Shown: positions 13,660 to 28,600 of the stretch, in pieces
How positions within the stretch are numbered: the first letter of the stretch is position 1
Layout: each line of letters begins with the position of its first letter
Assembly: GCF_006345805.1 (NCBI RefSeq)
Contig: NC_043010.1
Coordinates: forward strand, 67,890,001-67,954,000
From: Octopus sinensis
Taxonomy: Eukaryota
Reading direction: 5' to 3'
DNA length: 64,000 bases
Translations under genes and position numbers: made by a program
Notes under the pieces: model-generated
What the model was told of the DNA's origin: nothing
The model's database searches: none
The model's input: the letters and a program-made list of their open reading frames with translations, nothing else

Positions 13660-16600
13660 TACAACGGGCTTCTTTCAGTTTCCGTCTACCAAATTCACTC
13701 ACAAGGCTTTGGTCGGCCCGAGGCTATAGTAGAAGACACTTGCCGAAGGTGCCATACAGTGGGACTGAACCTGGAACCATGTGGTTGGTAAGCAAGCTAC
13801 TTACCACACAGCCACTCCTGCACCTATTGAAATTTTGAAGATACAAAATAATGCACGATTAACTGGAAACAATGGGAATAAGTATTACATTTAACAGAGT
13901 AATCTGAATGCTAAAGGACCAGGGAGCAAAAACATGATACAAAAGTGTGACAAATACAGTGACCTGTTTCAGATGTGATGAGGCTAGAACCTTACCAAGA
14001 CTTAGTGCTAAGCTGAGGTTTCCAATTCCGTGTGTGATGTCGCTTTTAGAACCTTCTCGAAGATTGACGTTGCTGGGTTTGACAAGAGGAGATGGTTGAA
14101 AGCTGTCGGTCCCTGGTTTAAACACCGGTAGATCAACATGTTGCAAACTGCAACAGCAGCTTTTCTCCATACTGTCATAGAATTCAAAATTTGCTGCCTG
14201 ACAATGAAATTAAAAGAAAATATTCCAAGTCAATACATTTGTATTCAACCTGCTGTTCTTGAGGAGACCTATTGAGTCAAGTACGTTAACATCAACATCA
14301 AAATGAAAATCAAATGGAAATTGTAGTTAAGATACCTGTGCTGGTGACACGTTAAAAGCACCGTCCGAATGTGGCAGATGCCAGCACCGCCTGACTAGCG
14401 TCCGTATCGGTGACATGTAAAAGCACCAACCGATCGTGGCCATTTGCTAGCATCCTCTGGCCCCTGTGCCGGTGGCACGTAAAAAGCACCCACTACACTC
14501 ACGGAGTGGTAGGCGTTAGGAAGGGCATCCTGCTGTAGAAACACTGCCAGATCAGATTGGTGCAGCCTCCTGGCTTCCTAGACCTCGGTCGAACCATCAA
14601 ACCCATGCTAGCATGGAAAACGGACATTAAACAATGATAATGGTGAAGGTATTGTTACCTACGAGCAGGTAATCAAAGTTTAAGACTATGCATGTGTGTG
14701 TGAAGGTGCATGGCTTAGTGGTTAGAGTGTTGAGCATACAATCATGGTTGGGAAGCAAGCTCCTTTCCACACAGCGACACTTGTGCCTCCAAATAATAAA
14801 CATTTTTTTAACTGCCAGACTGGTTCCTGTGTCAGTGGCACATAAAAAGCACCATTTGTGTGTGGTTGATACCAATGCCACCTGACTGGCTCCCATACCA
14901 GTGGAATGTAAAAAACACCATTTGAGCATGGTTGATGCCAGTGCCGCCTGACTGGCCCCCATGCCAGTGGCATGTAAAAAGCACCCACTACACTCTGGAG
15001 TGGCCTGCATTAGGAAGGGCATCCAGCTGCAGAAACCTTGCTAGATCAGATTGGAGCCTGCATCTGTTTTGGCATAGTTTTTAATGGCTGGATGCCTTTC
15101 CTAACACCAAGCACTCCCCAGAGTGGACCGAATACATTTTTCATGGCACCAGCACAGATGAGGTCATTTTGGCATGGTTTTTACAGCTAGATGCCCGTTC
15201 AAATGCCAACAACTTCACAGTGTGGACTGGATGCGATTTATGTGGAATCAGCACTTGCAAGGTGACCAAGTAACTTACCAGACAAAGAATCTTTGAGCAG
15301 GGATGAGGCACTGGTGAGGGTGATGGAATGTTATAGTGTGACAGAGAGTGACAGAAAGATAAGGAATGAAACATAAGATCAGTAAAAGTTACCTCATGGT
15401 TGAAGGGGTCTTCTTTGTCAGCCTGTTTCCGTCCACAGTTGCAGGCAGCTTTTGTCTTCAGCTGGCTAGAGTGATACATGACAGGGAGGTGCTTGTTCTC
15501 CTCAGTTTCAATGGCATCGGGAAGTCGATGTAACTGACAAAACAAGGTCAAAGGTCAATAAACGGCTGAAAGTGGGAGGAGAGAGAAAGAGAGAGACTTA
15601 CCAGCCGTGTTATGCAAACACCACCGAATAACATTCACAAAGAATCCAGAAAAATATAGGAGTTAAATGGAAATATAACCATGATCTCAAATAATAACAA
15701 CAGAGACAAGATGTACAATCAAGATCTTCCATAAATCAACATGGTTCAGACTGCCCTTGTGTCTATAGTAAAAACTTCTACTTTTAAAGAGAACTAAATT
15801 AAAACTTCCTATTGAAGCATATATACAGAGTAATTTTGAAGGCACATGGCACAGGGGTTAGAGCATAGGGCACACAGTCACGAGGTGATAAGTTTGATTC
15901 CTGGAGTGGGCTGTGTTGTGTTCTTGAGCAAGACACTTTATTTCATGCTACTCCAGTTCACTCAGCTGTAGAAATGAGTTGTGACATCACTGGCGCCAAG
16001 CTGTATCGGCCTTTGCTTTTCCCTTGGATATCATCAGTGGCATGGAGAGACGAGAGGCTGGTATGCATGGGCGGTTGTCCATAAACAACCTTGCCCAGAC
16101 TTTGTGCCTCGGAAGGGAACTTTCTAGGTGCAATTCCATGGTCATTCATGACCAAAGGGGTTTTTTAACCTGTTTACAGGGTTACGGTTAGGGTTAACAG
16201 AGGCAATACTAAAAAGAAACATATACGTGAGAGTTGCAATGAATATGGTTGTGAAAATACAGATGTAACATGAAATTGCCATGCAATGAAAAAACACTTG
16301 AGTATTAATAATTGAGTATTCTACCAGGCGTATATTGGATAGATATTAACCCTTAGTAGGTTGGATTCACAACCTCTAACTTTCTTGGAATATCTGAGAC
16401 TCCTTTCGGTCACAAGACAGACCATGGAATTGCACCTAGAAAGTTTCCCGGACAAGTTCGGGCAAGGTTGTTTATGGAAGACTAGCAGTCGCCCATGCAT
16501 ACCGGCCTCCCATCTCCACGCCACCAGTGTTATCCAAGGGAAAGGCAAAGGGGATGATACAGCTTGGCACCTGTGATGTTGCAACTTATTTCTACAGCTG

Positions 16601-19600
16601 AGTAGAATATATATGTGTGTGTGTGTGTGTGTATGTGTGTTAGCTCAAGTACTCACAAGCATGTTCTCTGTACTGTTCATTTTGAATTACTGTGTGTGTG
16701 TGTGTGTGTGTAAGTAAGAAAGAAAGATGACAAAGGAATAAATGATTATTATATTATGAAATTCATTAGCTTACAGTTGTTTCTGCTCTAATATGGACTG
16801 ATAATTGAGTGCCTGAACGATACCCTATATAACTTCATTGGAGCCTTCGATACGAAGTGTAATGTAACTGCATATGTGCCGTTGAATTTTTTTGTTTTCT
16901 TTCTTTGGCCATATTGCTGTTTTTTTCCTTTCCAATGAAGAGCTATGTATGAAACATCAAGAACTCCCGCTTGGTTACCGAACAACAACTATGTTGGCAT
17001 GATTCCTAATCGAACTTTGCTCTCCAGCATCAAAAAGGTCACTGTGACATAGTCAGGTCAATGATAAAATTCCCAATTGCAAGTCAGGGGTGCGTCTTAC
17101 AATATAGTCAAGTATATGTGGTGTATAGAAACATTATATATATGAAATTAGAAAAAACTCCTCACCGGGTTCACACAGTGCTGTCCGGTTAGACTGATCT
17201 CTTCACACAACTGCCTCCCACTCTTCCACCACTTCTCGCAAGCCTCTTCCAACTGACACAGGTATTTCTTATATGCAGCACCTCGAGCATACTGAGCAAA
17301 AACCCTCTTGGCTTGGTTGAACTGAAATGGAAAAAGGAAGGAAGAATAACAAAAAGTTTGGAGATGATGGCTGAGAGAGAGAGATCTGGGGTAATACTGC
17401 AGTTAGGATGGTGTCAGCTTTGAAATAGTAATATAGGAAGCAAACTGGCAGTTATTTCAGTTCTATATTTAAGAGATGAGGAATTATGTACATTGTTTAC
17501 GTTTGATGGATATTTGTCCTCATCTTGTTTGTTGCTAACACAATGTTTCGGCTGATATACCCTCCAGCTTTCATCAGGTGTCTTGGGGGAAATTTCGAAC
17601 CTGGGTTCTCATTCCTAATGTATTTTTCGATATTATTATTATTATTATTCATATACCCATGGGCATATGGCATAGTGGTTAAGAGTGCGGGCTACTAACC
17701 CCAAGATTCCGAGTTTGATTCCAGGCATCAAATTCTTGGGAGGGGGGGGGACTTTAGCAGAGTTCACTCCATTGCAAGCATTTGGTGGGGCCAAATCTTT
17801 GGTGTAATATCAACCTCCTACCTTCTGACCTGTCCTTGAGCCTCTTTAAAGAGTTATGGGTGCTGCCCATCCCTCTGAACTAAGCACTAAGAAAAATTAT
17901 TCGAGCTGTAACTAACTAAATACCACAAGATCCAGTCCATTTCAGTCATGTGAAAGCAAAACTTTGAAGGGTTTTAGTGAAACAGGTTGACTCCAATACT
18001 TATTTTTGCTTCAAGCCTGGTATTTGGTCAGTAAGTTCTCTTTTGCTGAATTACTGATTAAGAATTTTGAGAGCTATGCATTGGAATGCAAGTTTCTGAT
18101 ATGACTTCCCATGCTAGATAAGTCAAATGATAACAGTTAGACAAATATAGGCTACCTCTGCATAGAGCCAATATCTCTACATAGAAAAAGAGCAGAGTTA
18201 CAGGAGGTTTGATGGCAGTTCAAAACCAACAAGACCTGGGAGAGGAAGGTCTTTCATCAGAGAGGGATGGATAGGCTAGAATAAAAAAAACAGTGGAGAA
18301 AAGTTGTCAGGGGTATAAACTCCATAGGGAATAAAAGGCTTAAGTAAGGTATAAAGTGAGAACTGTGATAGATTTGGAGTAGAACTAGTTTGAGCAGTGT
18401 TTAACCTTTTAGCATTTAGATTACTCTGTCAAAATATAATGCTTGTTATTCATGCATTATCTCATAGCTTTGATATTTTGATGATGTGATTGACTATATT
18501 TAAAACGATATCATATGGTAAGTGTGAGAGGCCACATCTGGCTGGATTGAAAACAAAACAGGTACAGTATATTGGCTAAATATGGCCAATTTAGATGCTG
18601 AAGTCATCATCATCATCATTATTTAGCATCTGCTTTCCATGCTAGCATGGATTGGACGATTTGACTGAGGACTGGCGAACCAGATGGCTGCACCAGACTC
18701 CAATCTGATCTGGCAGAGTTTCTACAGCTGGATGCCCTTCCTAACGCCAACCACTTCAAGAGTGTAGTGGGTGCTTTTACGTGTCACCGGCACGAGGGCC
18801 AGTCAGGCAGTACTGGCAACGACCACGCTCAAATGGCGCTTTTTATGTGCCACCTGCACAGGAGCCAGTCCAGCGACACTGGCTACGACCTCGCTCAGAT
18901 TACTCTGTCAAATATAATGCTTGTTATTCATGTTGTTTTGAATTAATTATGTATTATCTCATAGCTTTGATGTTTTGATGATGTGATTAATTATTTTTAA
19001 AACGATATCATAGGCACAGGAGTGGCTGTGTGATAAGTAGCTTGCTTACCAACCACATGGTTCCGAGTTCAGTCCCACTGCGTGGCACCTTGGGAAAGTG
19101 TCTTCAATTATAGCCTCGGGCCAACCAAAGCCTTGTGAGTGAATTTGGTAGAAGGAAACTGAAAGAAGCCCGTCGTATATGTGTGTGTGTGTGTGTGTGT
19201 CTGTTTGTCCTCCCACCATCGCTTGACAACCAATGTTGGTGTGTTCACATCCCCGTAACTTAGCAGTTTGGCAAAAGAGACCGATAGAATAAGTACTAGG
19301 CTTGCAAGAAATAAGGTCCTGGGGGTCGAGTTGTTCGACTAAAGGCGGTGCTCCAGCATGGCCACAGTCAAATGACTGAAGCAAGTAAAAGCATAAAAGA
19401 AAATAAAAGAATATGGTAAGTTGGAGAGGCCACATCTGGCTGGATTGAACACAAAACAGGTACAATATGTATGGCCGATTTAAATGCTGAAGTCATACCA
19501 AATATATTTTTGCTTCAGACTTACTTCTCCATCTGATAAATGTACAAAATCTATAAAGAAATCGTTGATAACAAACTCACCTTGGAGAGATGGTAGCTAT

Positions 19601-22600
19601 TTGTGTAGTGGGTTGGTAGGCCTTCTTGGTATGCAGTCTCTGCAACAGGCAGTACTTTGTTACAACGACTGTGGAGGAAAACAACAACAAATTATATAAG
19701 ATTAGCAACAACAAAATGATTACAACAAAATTAACAACATATGAAACGCTGTATTCGTTTATTCTGTTACTGGTTTCAATCATTGGACAGCAACCATGCA
19801 GTGCTACCTCCTTAAAGGGATTAGTTAAATGTAGTGCTTATTTTACAAGACCCTTTGTCACATTGTTGACTTATGGGGAAGTAAACAAAACAAGACTGGC
19901 CATCATCAAGTAGGGTGTGGGACAAACACAAAGACACATAGAACACACAACAGGCTTCCATGGCATTTCTTATTTCTTTATTGCCCACAAGGGGCTAAAC
20001 ATAGAGGGGACAAACAAGGACAGACAAAGGGATTAAGTTGATTACATTGACTCCAGTGCATAACTGGTACTTAATTTATTGACCCCGAAAGGATGAAAGG
20101 CAAAGTCGACCTCGGAGGAATTTGAACTCAGAACGTAAAGGCAGACAAAATACCGCTAAGCATTTCGGCCGGCGTGCTAATGTTTCTGCCAGCTGGTCGC
20201 TTTACCACAAGCTTCTTACCACATAGCCATCTTAAATAAGAGCGTATAAATATTGGGTTAAAAGCCCTTGGGACAGAAAAAGCACATGCATGTGTGAGTG
20301 CACATGTGTATTACTGTCCTTGCCATGACATCATGTGATAGTTTTAAACAAGAGCGACCACAATGTAAGTGGTGCCTTTTGTTTTCAGTCTTCTGTGTAA
20401 ACATGTTTGGCCATAGGGAAACACTGAATTGCTTGCTAACAGATAGGAGTTGTTGAGAAGAAAGGCATAGAAAATTCACCTCAACAAATTCCATCTGATC
20501 CATGCAAACATGGAAAAATGTATGTTAAAGCAATGATGATGACGGTGAACAACAAAGAAAAAAATGATCGGGAAGAAAAAGAGAAAGGTAAGATGGAGAG
20601 GTAGGGGGAAATCTGAAAAAAAAAAAAAGATTTTTTAAAAATAAATAAAGTAATAATATTTCTCCTTACTTCTCTGAAAATCTAATGTCTACATCAAGCT
20701 TGGTCCTCATCTTATTGAAGAAGCTTTGAGCTTTGGTATCTGACAGTTCATTAAAATATAATTGGTAAAGCTTTGATGCCAAGGTAAACCAAGTGCTAGC
20801 TGTGGCCATCTGAAGAGAAGGAGATAAAAGAACAAAGAGATTATTTGTTGTGGGGCTATAATGGTTTAAAAGAAAAAAAAATCTGAAGTATAGGCATACT
20901 TTAACATGCATTATTTCGAATTAAATCTTTATATTTTTTAAAATGTATTTTCGTTTTACGCCATTTCTTGGAACGAACTGTCAACTAAGTTGAGGTATGC
21001 CTGAATTTAGAAATTTAGTTTGACACCTGTTTCTGTCTTCATTTCTAATCTTTCTCTCTCTCCAGCTGGGTAACCTAGTACTTCCTCTTCAGCAAGACAC
21101 CTATATCTGTCTCACTATAACCTTTTCATCATCACCTCCTTCAATACCTCCTCCTTAAAAGTTTTTGTCTTGCAAGTACTTGGAGACCCAGTCGGTGCTG
21201 GTGCCACTTAAAAGCACCCAGTCCTCACTGTAAAGTAGTTGGTGTTTGGAAGGGCATCCAGCTGTAAAAACCTTGCCAAAACTGACCTTGCCTGTGGTTG
21301 TGCCATATAAAAAGTACTAAGTCCACTCTGCTGAGTGGTTGGTGTTAGAAGGGCATGGCACTGTAAAAAATCTTGCCAAAACAGTCACAGGAGTCTGGTG
21401 CAGGCTTTGGCCTGGCCAGCTCTTGTGGTACCGTCCCACCCATGCTAGCATGGACGTTAAATGATGATGATATTAACTGTGCTTGTGCCATGAAAAACGC
21501 ACCCAGTACACAGTATAAAGTGGTCAGCATCAGGAAGGGCATCCAGCCATAGAAACCATGCCATAACAGATAACTGGAGCAGCTCTCCTGCTTACCAGTG
21601 CCCACTGAACCATCCAACCCATGCCAGCATGGAAATCAGAAAATAAATGATGATAATGAGTTCCGAAGCATATCTGGTTTTTTTTTAACACTATGTCAAA
21701 AAAAGGATATTTTCAGGACAAAAACTGCAGCTTCAGGCTTTTCAACAATAAGCATATGCAAAGTTTGTCACTTAGATAAAGATTTTATTCTAAAGCTGCA
21801 TCTATTGCAGAGTTCAATTTTATTCAGCCTCGTCAATGTCATTACAAATCAGTGTATTGTTTATACAACGTATACTTCAGACTGGCTGATTTGACCTGGT
21901 TTCCAAAGTGGCACTGACAAGCTGCAAAAGCAGTGAAATACTATATCTGCTACTTGTCTTCACTTCTGGAGTGATTTCATTTTTGCCTAAGTCTGAAGTA
22001 TACTGTGTTTTACATTACACTATGTATATAAAGAGATTTTTTTCTGGGGAGGAAAAAAACTGTAACTTCTCACTTTTCAATGAAACACACACACACACAA
22101 AGTATGTCATAGATAAAGATAAACTTGCTTGAATGGTAGAACTTAAATTAGAGCTTGGGCCGGTTTCCTGGTTTCTCTGGCATATAAATTCCACACTGGA
22201 CATGATACTGGTTTAAAAATAACCCTTGGAGGGAAAAAAAGTCAAAGTATCTAAACTTGTATGATGACAACAACATACAATTCTCACAAGTCAGAGCAAA
22301 GTTTCTAAAATGGGTGAAGAAACTGAAAAAAACTGCTTTGGTCCAATGATAGAATGTCTGTCATGTTTACAGAAGAAATGGGTTCAAGTCCTACTGGCAG
22401 CTTTGAATTTTCCATCTAAGGGTCTTTTTCACTTAATATTTATACACTATTTTCTTATAGCACCCAGCACACACTGTAAGGAGGTTGGCATGAGGAAGGG
22501 CATCCAGCCATAGAAACTGAGCCAAACCAGACTGGAAGCTGATGTAGCTCTCGCATTTGTCAGTTCTGGTCAAATCATCCAACCCATGTCAGCATTAAAA

Positions 22601-25600
22601 ACCATTTATTTCACGTCTAGTCTTCCATGCTTGCATGGGTCAGATGGAATTTTACTGTGGCAAATTTTCTATGACTGGACACGCTTCCTGTTGACATCCC
22701 ACATTTGTTTCTCCAAAGGCCGGACTGGAAATGAACACCATTGCTCGTATGACGTCAAGACATTTGCATACATACACACACATACAAATGTATATACATA
22801 AAATCACCTCCCTCCGACAAGTCATCCTGATGAGACATCTGCGTTGGCTGGGTCATGCCCTCCGTTGTCAACCAGGAGAATTCATCTACGAAGTAATTGC
22901 CCCAGCTCCCCTTCAGGGTTTGCGAAAGCGATGTGGTGGACAATGAAAAACCTGGCTGATGACAGTCAAGGCTGATCCAACCTAGGCCCCCATGTCTACG
23001 GTGTTCGCCGCTGGAATAAGGAGTGGTTGGAGATCACGCATTCGTTAGCATCAAATTGCCAGGTCAGGTCGGCGTTTGTGAGAGATGCAGCATTGAGGAT
23101 GAATGAAGCCAGCTCAGCCCACCCCGGGTGAATGCTGCTCAAATCAAGTCATATACATGATGGGCTTCTTTCAGTTTCTGCTGAACAAATCTTTGTCTTG
23201 AAAATTACTTGCTGACCCTACCAGTACTGGTGCCATATAAAAAGCATGCAATCAACACTGTAGAGTAAGTGGTTGGCATTTGAAGGGGCAACCTGCTGTA
23301 AAAACCATGCCGAAACAGACAGCAAAGCCTGGTACAATCTTCTACATAACCAGCTTCTGTCAAACTGTCCAACCCATATCAGCATGGAAAGCAGCTGTTA
23401 AATAATGATGATGAAATCTGCTCACAAAGTCCTGGTCGGCCTGGGGCTACAGTACAAGAAACTTGTCTATGGTACAAAGCAGTGGAACTAAACCCAAGTC
23501 TGCATGATTAAGAAGCAAGCTTATTTCTTTATTGCCCACAAGGAGCTAAACATAGAGGGGACAAACAAGGACAGACAAAGGGATTAAGTCAATTACATCG
23601 ACCCTAGTGCGTAACCGGTACTTGATTTATCGACCCCGAAAGGATGAAAGGCAAAGTTAACCTCAAAAGCATGAAAGGCAAAGTCAACCCCAAAACCCTG
23701 AAAGGCAAAGTCGACCCCAAAAGGATGAAAGGCAAAGTCGACCTCTTAACACACAGCCACTCCTGCACCTATAGTTAAAAATATTTAAATGAACTTAAGC
23801 CGAAGCTGTAAACTTGTAGATCTGTCCAACCCACTGTCAAGATAAGCATTAACCATTTGGGGCAGTAGGAAATAAAGTAAACAATAAACCAATAGAAATA
23901 AGCTAAAACATGATGTAAATCTGTGCACCCACCTCGAACAATGCTGGCACTTGCCTTTTACCGACATTGTCATCAAAACCTTTATTGAATGCCAGCTCAA
24001 TATGAGGCCAAAGGAAGTCGTGAAAGCTGTTATCAGACGATGAACATTTATTGAGAGATGTGGTATGGCTGAGGTTGTCAGTACGACCGGGACTACCTTG
24101 GTTGGTGCGACGACTCGTTTGATAGCTTTTACCTTTCATGGGTTCTGAGAAAAAAGGAAAGAAAAAATAAAAAATGATGAAGCTTAAAAATAATACATTG
24201 GAAATCAGACACATTCACTCAAAATTTCATTATCCTTAATGGCACTTATTCTATTGGTCCCTCTTATTAAACTGCTAGGTTATTGGGATGTAAGCAGACC
24301 GACATTGGTTGTCAAGCGGTGGTATGGAACACACACAATGAGTTTTCCATTTTCCATGCCTGCACAAGTCAGACAGAATCTGGTGAGGCAGATCTTCTGT
24401 GGTTAGACAGATTTTCACACAAGACAGGAAACAAATGACACCACTTGCATGACGGTGATGCTTGTTTACAACTATTGCGTACGATCAGGGAGACACAAAC
24501 ACATACATACATATGTAAGTTTGTGTTTCTGTGTGTCTCGCACACATAACCTGAAAACTGGTGTTGGTTTGTTTACAACCCTATGACTTAGTTTCACAAA
24601 AAGATTGCCACCTGAGGTTGCCTCTGATTCTGTATTACAAACTGCTCATTTTAAAGTGATCTAAATTAAAAATTTCCATCACATTGTATGCTAATTTATG
24701 CTCCAAACATCAGCATAAACCTATTGTTACCATATTTATGCAGGCAGACACTGTCTTTGTTTCAGCTGATTTTGAAAATAATGAAAAATTTGGTAAAATA
24801 ACTGCCATTACAAATGTTTGGTTTAGAACAAAATTTAAGATAAAATTTTGATGTGGCTGTGTGGTAAAGTAGCTTGCTTACGAACCACATGGATCCGGGT
24901 TCAGTCCCACTGCGTGGCACCTTGGGCAAGTGTCTTCTACTATAGCCTCAAGCTGACCAAAGCCTTGTGAGTGGATTTGGTAGACGGAAACTGAAAGAAG
25001 CCCGTCGTATATATGTATGTGTGCGTGTGTCTGTGTTTGTCCCCACCAACATCGCTTGACAACCGATGCTGGTATGTTTACGTCCTCAGATTTCAAGGTC
25101 AGTCTGTACCAAGCGGCTTCATTCCAAGTACTTTAGCTCTGTTACCATAGCAACAGTCTCAATACCTTTTTTTTTTCTCCAGATACCTTGTAAAAGACAG
25201 ACAACATCATCGAGAAACTTACCTCCATCTTTATTTACTGTGTGGGTGTTTCGTAGCTGCAGGAGGAAGTAGGCGACAGGATCACTGCTGTCGGATCTTC
25301 GGCTGTTGATGAACACAAACTCTTGGTTGGCTGGCACGGCAAACAGGGAATTGTTGCTGCAGACAATAAAATAAATAATCAGAAACATTTGTATATCCCT
25401 CTTACTTGTATATACTATTGTATATACAAATATATTATCATCATCATCATCATTTAGCGTCCGCTTTCCATGCTAGCATGGGTTGGACGGTGCAACTGGG
25501 GTCTGGGAAGCCAGAAGGCTGCACCAGGCCCAGTCTGATCTGGCAGTGTTTCTACGGCTGGGTGCCCTTCCTAACGCCAACCCTATATATATATATATAC

Positions 25601-28600
25601 ATCATCATCATCGTTTAGCGTCTGCTTTCCATGCTGGCATGGGTTGGACGGTGCATCTGGGGTCTGGGAAGCCAGAAGGCTGCACCAGGCCCAGTCTGAT
25701 CTGGCAATGTTTCTACAGCTGGATGCCCTTCCTAACGCCAACCACTCCATGAGTGTAGTGGGTGCTTTTTACGTGCCACTGGCACAGGTGCCAGACGAGG
25801 CTGGCAAACGGCCAAGATCGGATGGTGCTTTTTACGTGCCACCGTAATATATATTTGTATATACTACTGGTTCATTTTCACTCTTTTCCCTAAATACAAG
25901 TAGCCATGTAATGCCTGTACAACAAGTAGCGGCTCTACTCCAACTTTTTCTCTCATACCTTAACCCCCATCTGACAAGAGGATGCAGCCCTGCCCCTCAG
26001 GCTCTATAGACTTGTGAGCTACATGGTAGCCTCGGTAGTACTGGTGGCATGAAAAAATGCACCCAGTACACAATGTAAAGCAACTAGCATTAAGAAGGGC
26101 AACCAGCTCTGAAACCATGGCAACATGGATGCTAAATGATGATTCTTTTGTTCTTCTATTTGTTTCAGTCTTTTGACTGTGGCCATGCTGGAGCACCACC
26201 TTTAGTCGAGCAAACCGACCCCAGGACTTATTCTATTGGTCTCTTTTGCTGAACTGTTGAGCGACGGGGACGTGAACATATCAGCATTGGTTGTCAAGTG
26301 ATGTTAGGGGGACAAACACAGATGCACAAGCATATACACGCACACATATATATATACATATATACGACGGGCTTCTTTCAGTTTCTGCCTACCAAATCCA
26401 CTCACAAGGCTTTGGTCGGCCCGAGGCTATAGTAGAAGACACTTGCCCAAGGTGCCATGCAGTGGGACTGAACCCGGAACCACGTGGTTTGTAAGCAAGC
26501 TACTTACCACACAGCCATATATACACACACATCTCTTTCATATATATAAGGAGCAGGCATGGCTGTATGGTTAAGAAGCTTGCTTCCAAACCACAGGGTC
26601 GGGTTCAGTCACACTGTGTAGAACATTACAAAAGGGTCTTCTACTATAACCCCAGGCCAACCAAAGCCTTGTCAGTGGATTTGATAAATGGAAACTGAAA
26701 GAAACCGGTGTATGTGTTTGTACACATGTACACCCAGAACCATGCTGTTAGCTTAGGAGTGAAATTTAAGATTTCTCGGCCTTCTGTGAATCGGTTATGA
26801 TAAAACTTTTCCCAGCTGGTTTGCACGCTATGGCAACACCATTGTTATGTTTTCATTATTCTGTGTAACATCCTTTTTTTATTTCAGATTCTTCAGTTTT
26901 TGGGTGAACCACACTAATAGATTTTGAATGAAAATAGTCCATCTAGACTGTTTTTTTCCCCCCAGAAAATGAAAGGTAATTGTACACATTAAGCATATAT
27001 TAAATATATATGTAACAGAAAATCATAATAAATATAACATTTATTTAGCCATATGAGTGCCATTTTGACGGATAACTTCAAAAGTGCTATTAGTCATAGA
27101 ATCTGTTAATTACTTATATGCACCCAGGTTGTTGTTGCTGTTAAGCAACAAGACGGGTAAGGGTGATTAGGTGATGGTCTAGGGCTTAAGGGCAGGAGAC
27201 CCCAAACCTTGGATAAGAAAAAAAAAAAACTTTGGCCGTCTTGTTGTAGTCGTGGGCTCTTCGTTGACACCCGACACCACTGGGAGGTGGCCCTCGAAGT
27301 CGCTGGAAATGGAGATCTCCAGGTCCAAATTCTTGGACGGCTGTACCCAGGTTGGACTGCCTCTGCTGCAGCTTTGACGGTTACTCATAAGACATCTTTT
27401 GATGTAAATTGGTGTCCATCAGCATAAACATGTTGCGATGGATCAAAGATTTTCGATAGGGCTGAGATCAGGAGATGCTGGTGGCCACACTATCGACCTT
27501 TCACCTTGTATGCCGCAAGACCCTGAGTACTGTTTGGCTGGTCTTAACAGAGTGGGAGGGAGCATTGTCATGCATGAATACGAGATTCCTTAGAAATGAC
27601 AGTGGAATGTCTTCCAGCCAGGGATCCTTCAGGAAACCGCAGTAGGTGGCTGCAGTCACTTTTAACCCCCTCCCACAATATGACTCTTCCACCCTGTTGT
27701 TGATGTCGTAAACATTGGTGATGCTCATCTCCAAAGTAGACGCATCTGCCAATCAGTTCTATTTAGCCACATGAGCTTGGTTTCGTCAGTGAACAGAACA
27801 CACTCATGTCTAACATCATGTACTTTTGGGCCTACTGAAACCTCAAACTCCTGTGACGGAGCGTTAAAGGAGGCAGTTTCAGGGGTTCTCAAATCAAAGT
27901 AATGGTCCCAAGGAAGTGATTTCTGGTGGTTTTCAGTACATACATCTAAAGCAAAATTCTTTTAGGGGTCCTTAAAATACTGGTGTGGATCACTGTTTAC
28001 TATTTTGTTGCATAGACCCCAGTTGTGAACCACTGTTTTAGATGGAAGATTGGAAGTGAACAGTGAACAACAATGTTTATGTAAACAGTGATGCTTATTT
28101 TAAGTAGGCGATGCCAACACACACACACACACACACACAATATTTGAATGGTACTTTATTTTAGTGACCCCAAAAGGATGAAAGGCAATGTTGACCTAGG
28201 TGGAATTGAAACTCAACATCAAAACCAAGAACAAATACCAAAAAGCATTTATTCCTTTGTTCTAACTATTCTGCCAACTCATAATTCTTTCAGGGGTTCT
28301 TGCAAAGCAATGGTCCAGAGAATGCGATTTCTGGTGGTTTACGGTACTTGTTTGTCCAGGTTTCCCATGTAACTTGCGGCCAATGATCCTTCAATCCTTA
28401 GCTGTCACAGTCTTGGAGGTTCCACAATCGAATAGTTTCCTCCTTGGTGAAGGGTCCATCAGGAATCATCTAACTGTGTCTGCAAAAGGCCTGAAGTTTT
28501 TGTGGACAGGGGCTAGTTTACGACGTCAATCCCAGTACTCAGGTTATTGTCAGTCCATATTACTCCATAAGGGGCAAAATACACCCCTCATTAGTTTCAA

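Noticed and set aside
17660-17730. tRNA-like sequences (also 15840, 39855 and SINE heads)
   Set aside because: A/B boxes present but no complete cloverleaf or acceptor stem; SINE heads
23638-23745. Short regular repeats (also 11023-11348, 51657-52090) as CRISPR arrays
   Set aside because: No unique spacers, no cas genes, eukaryotic context
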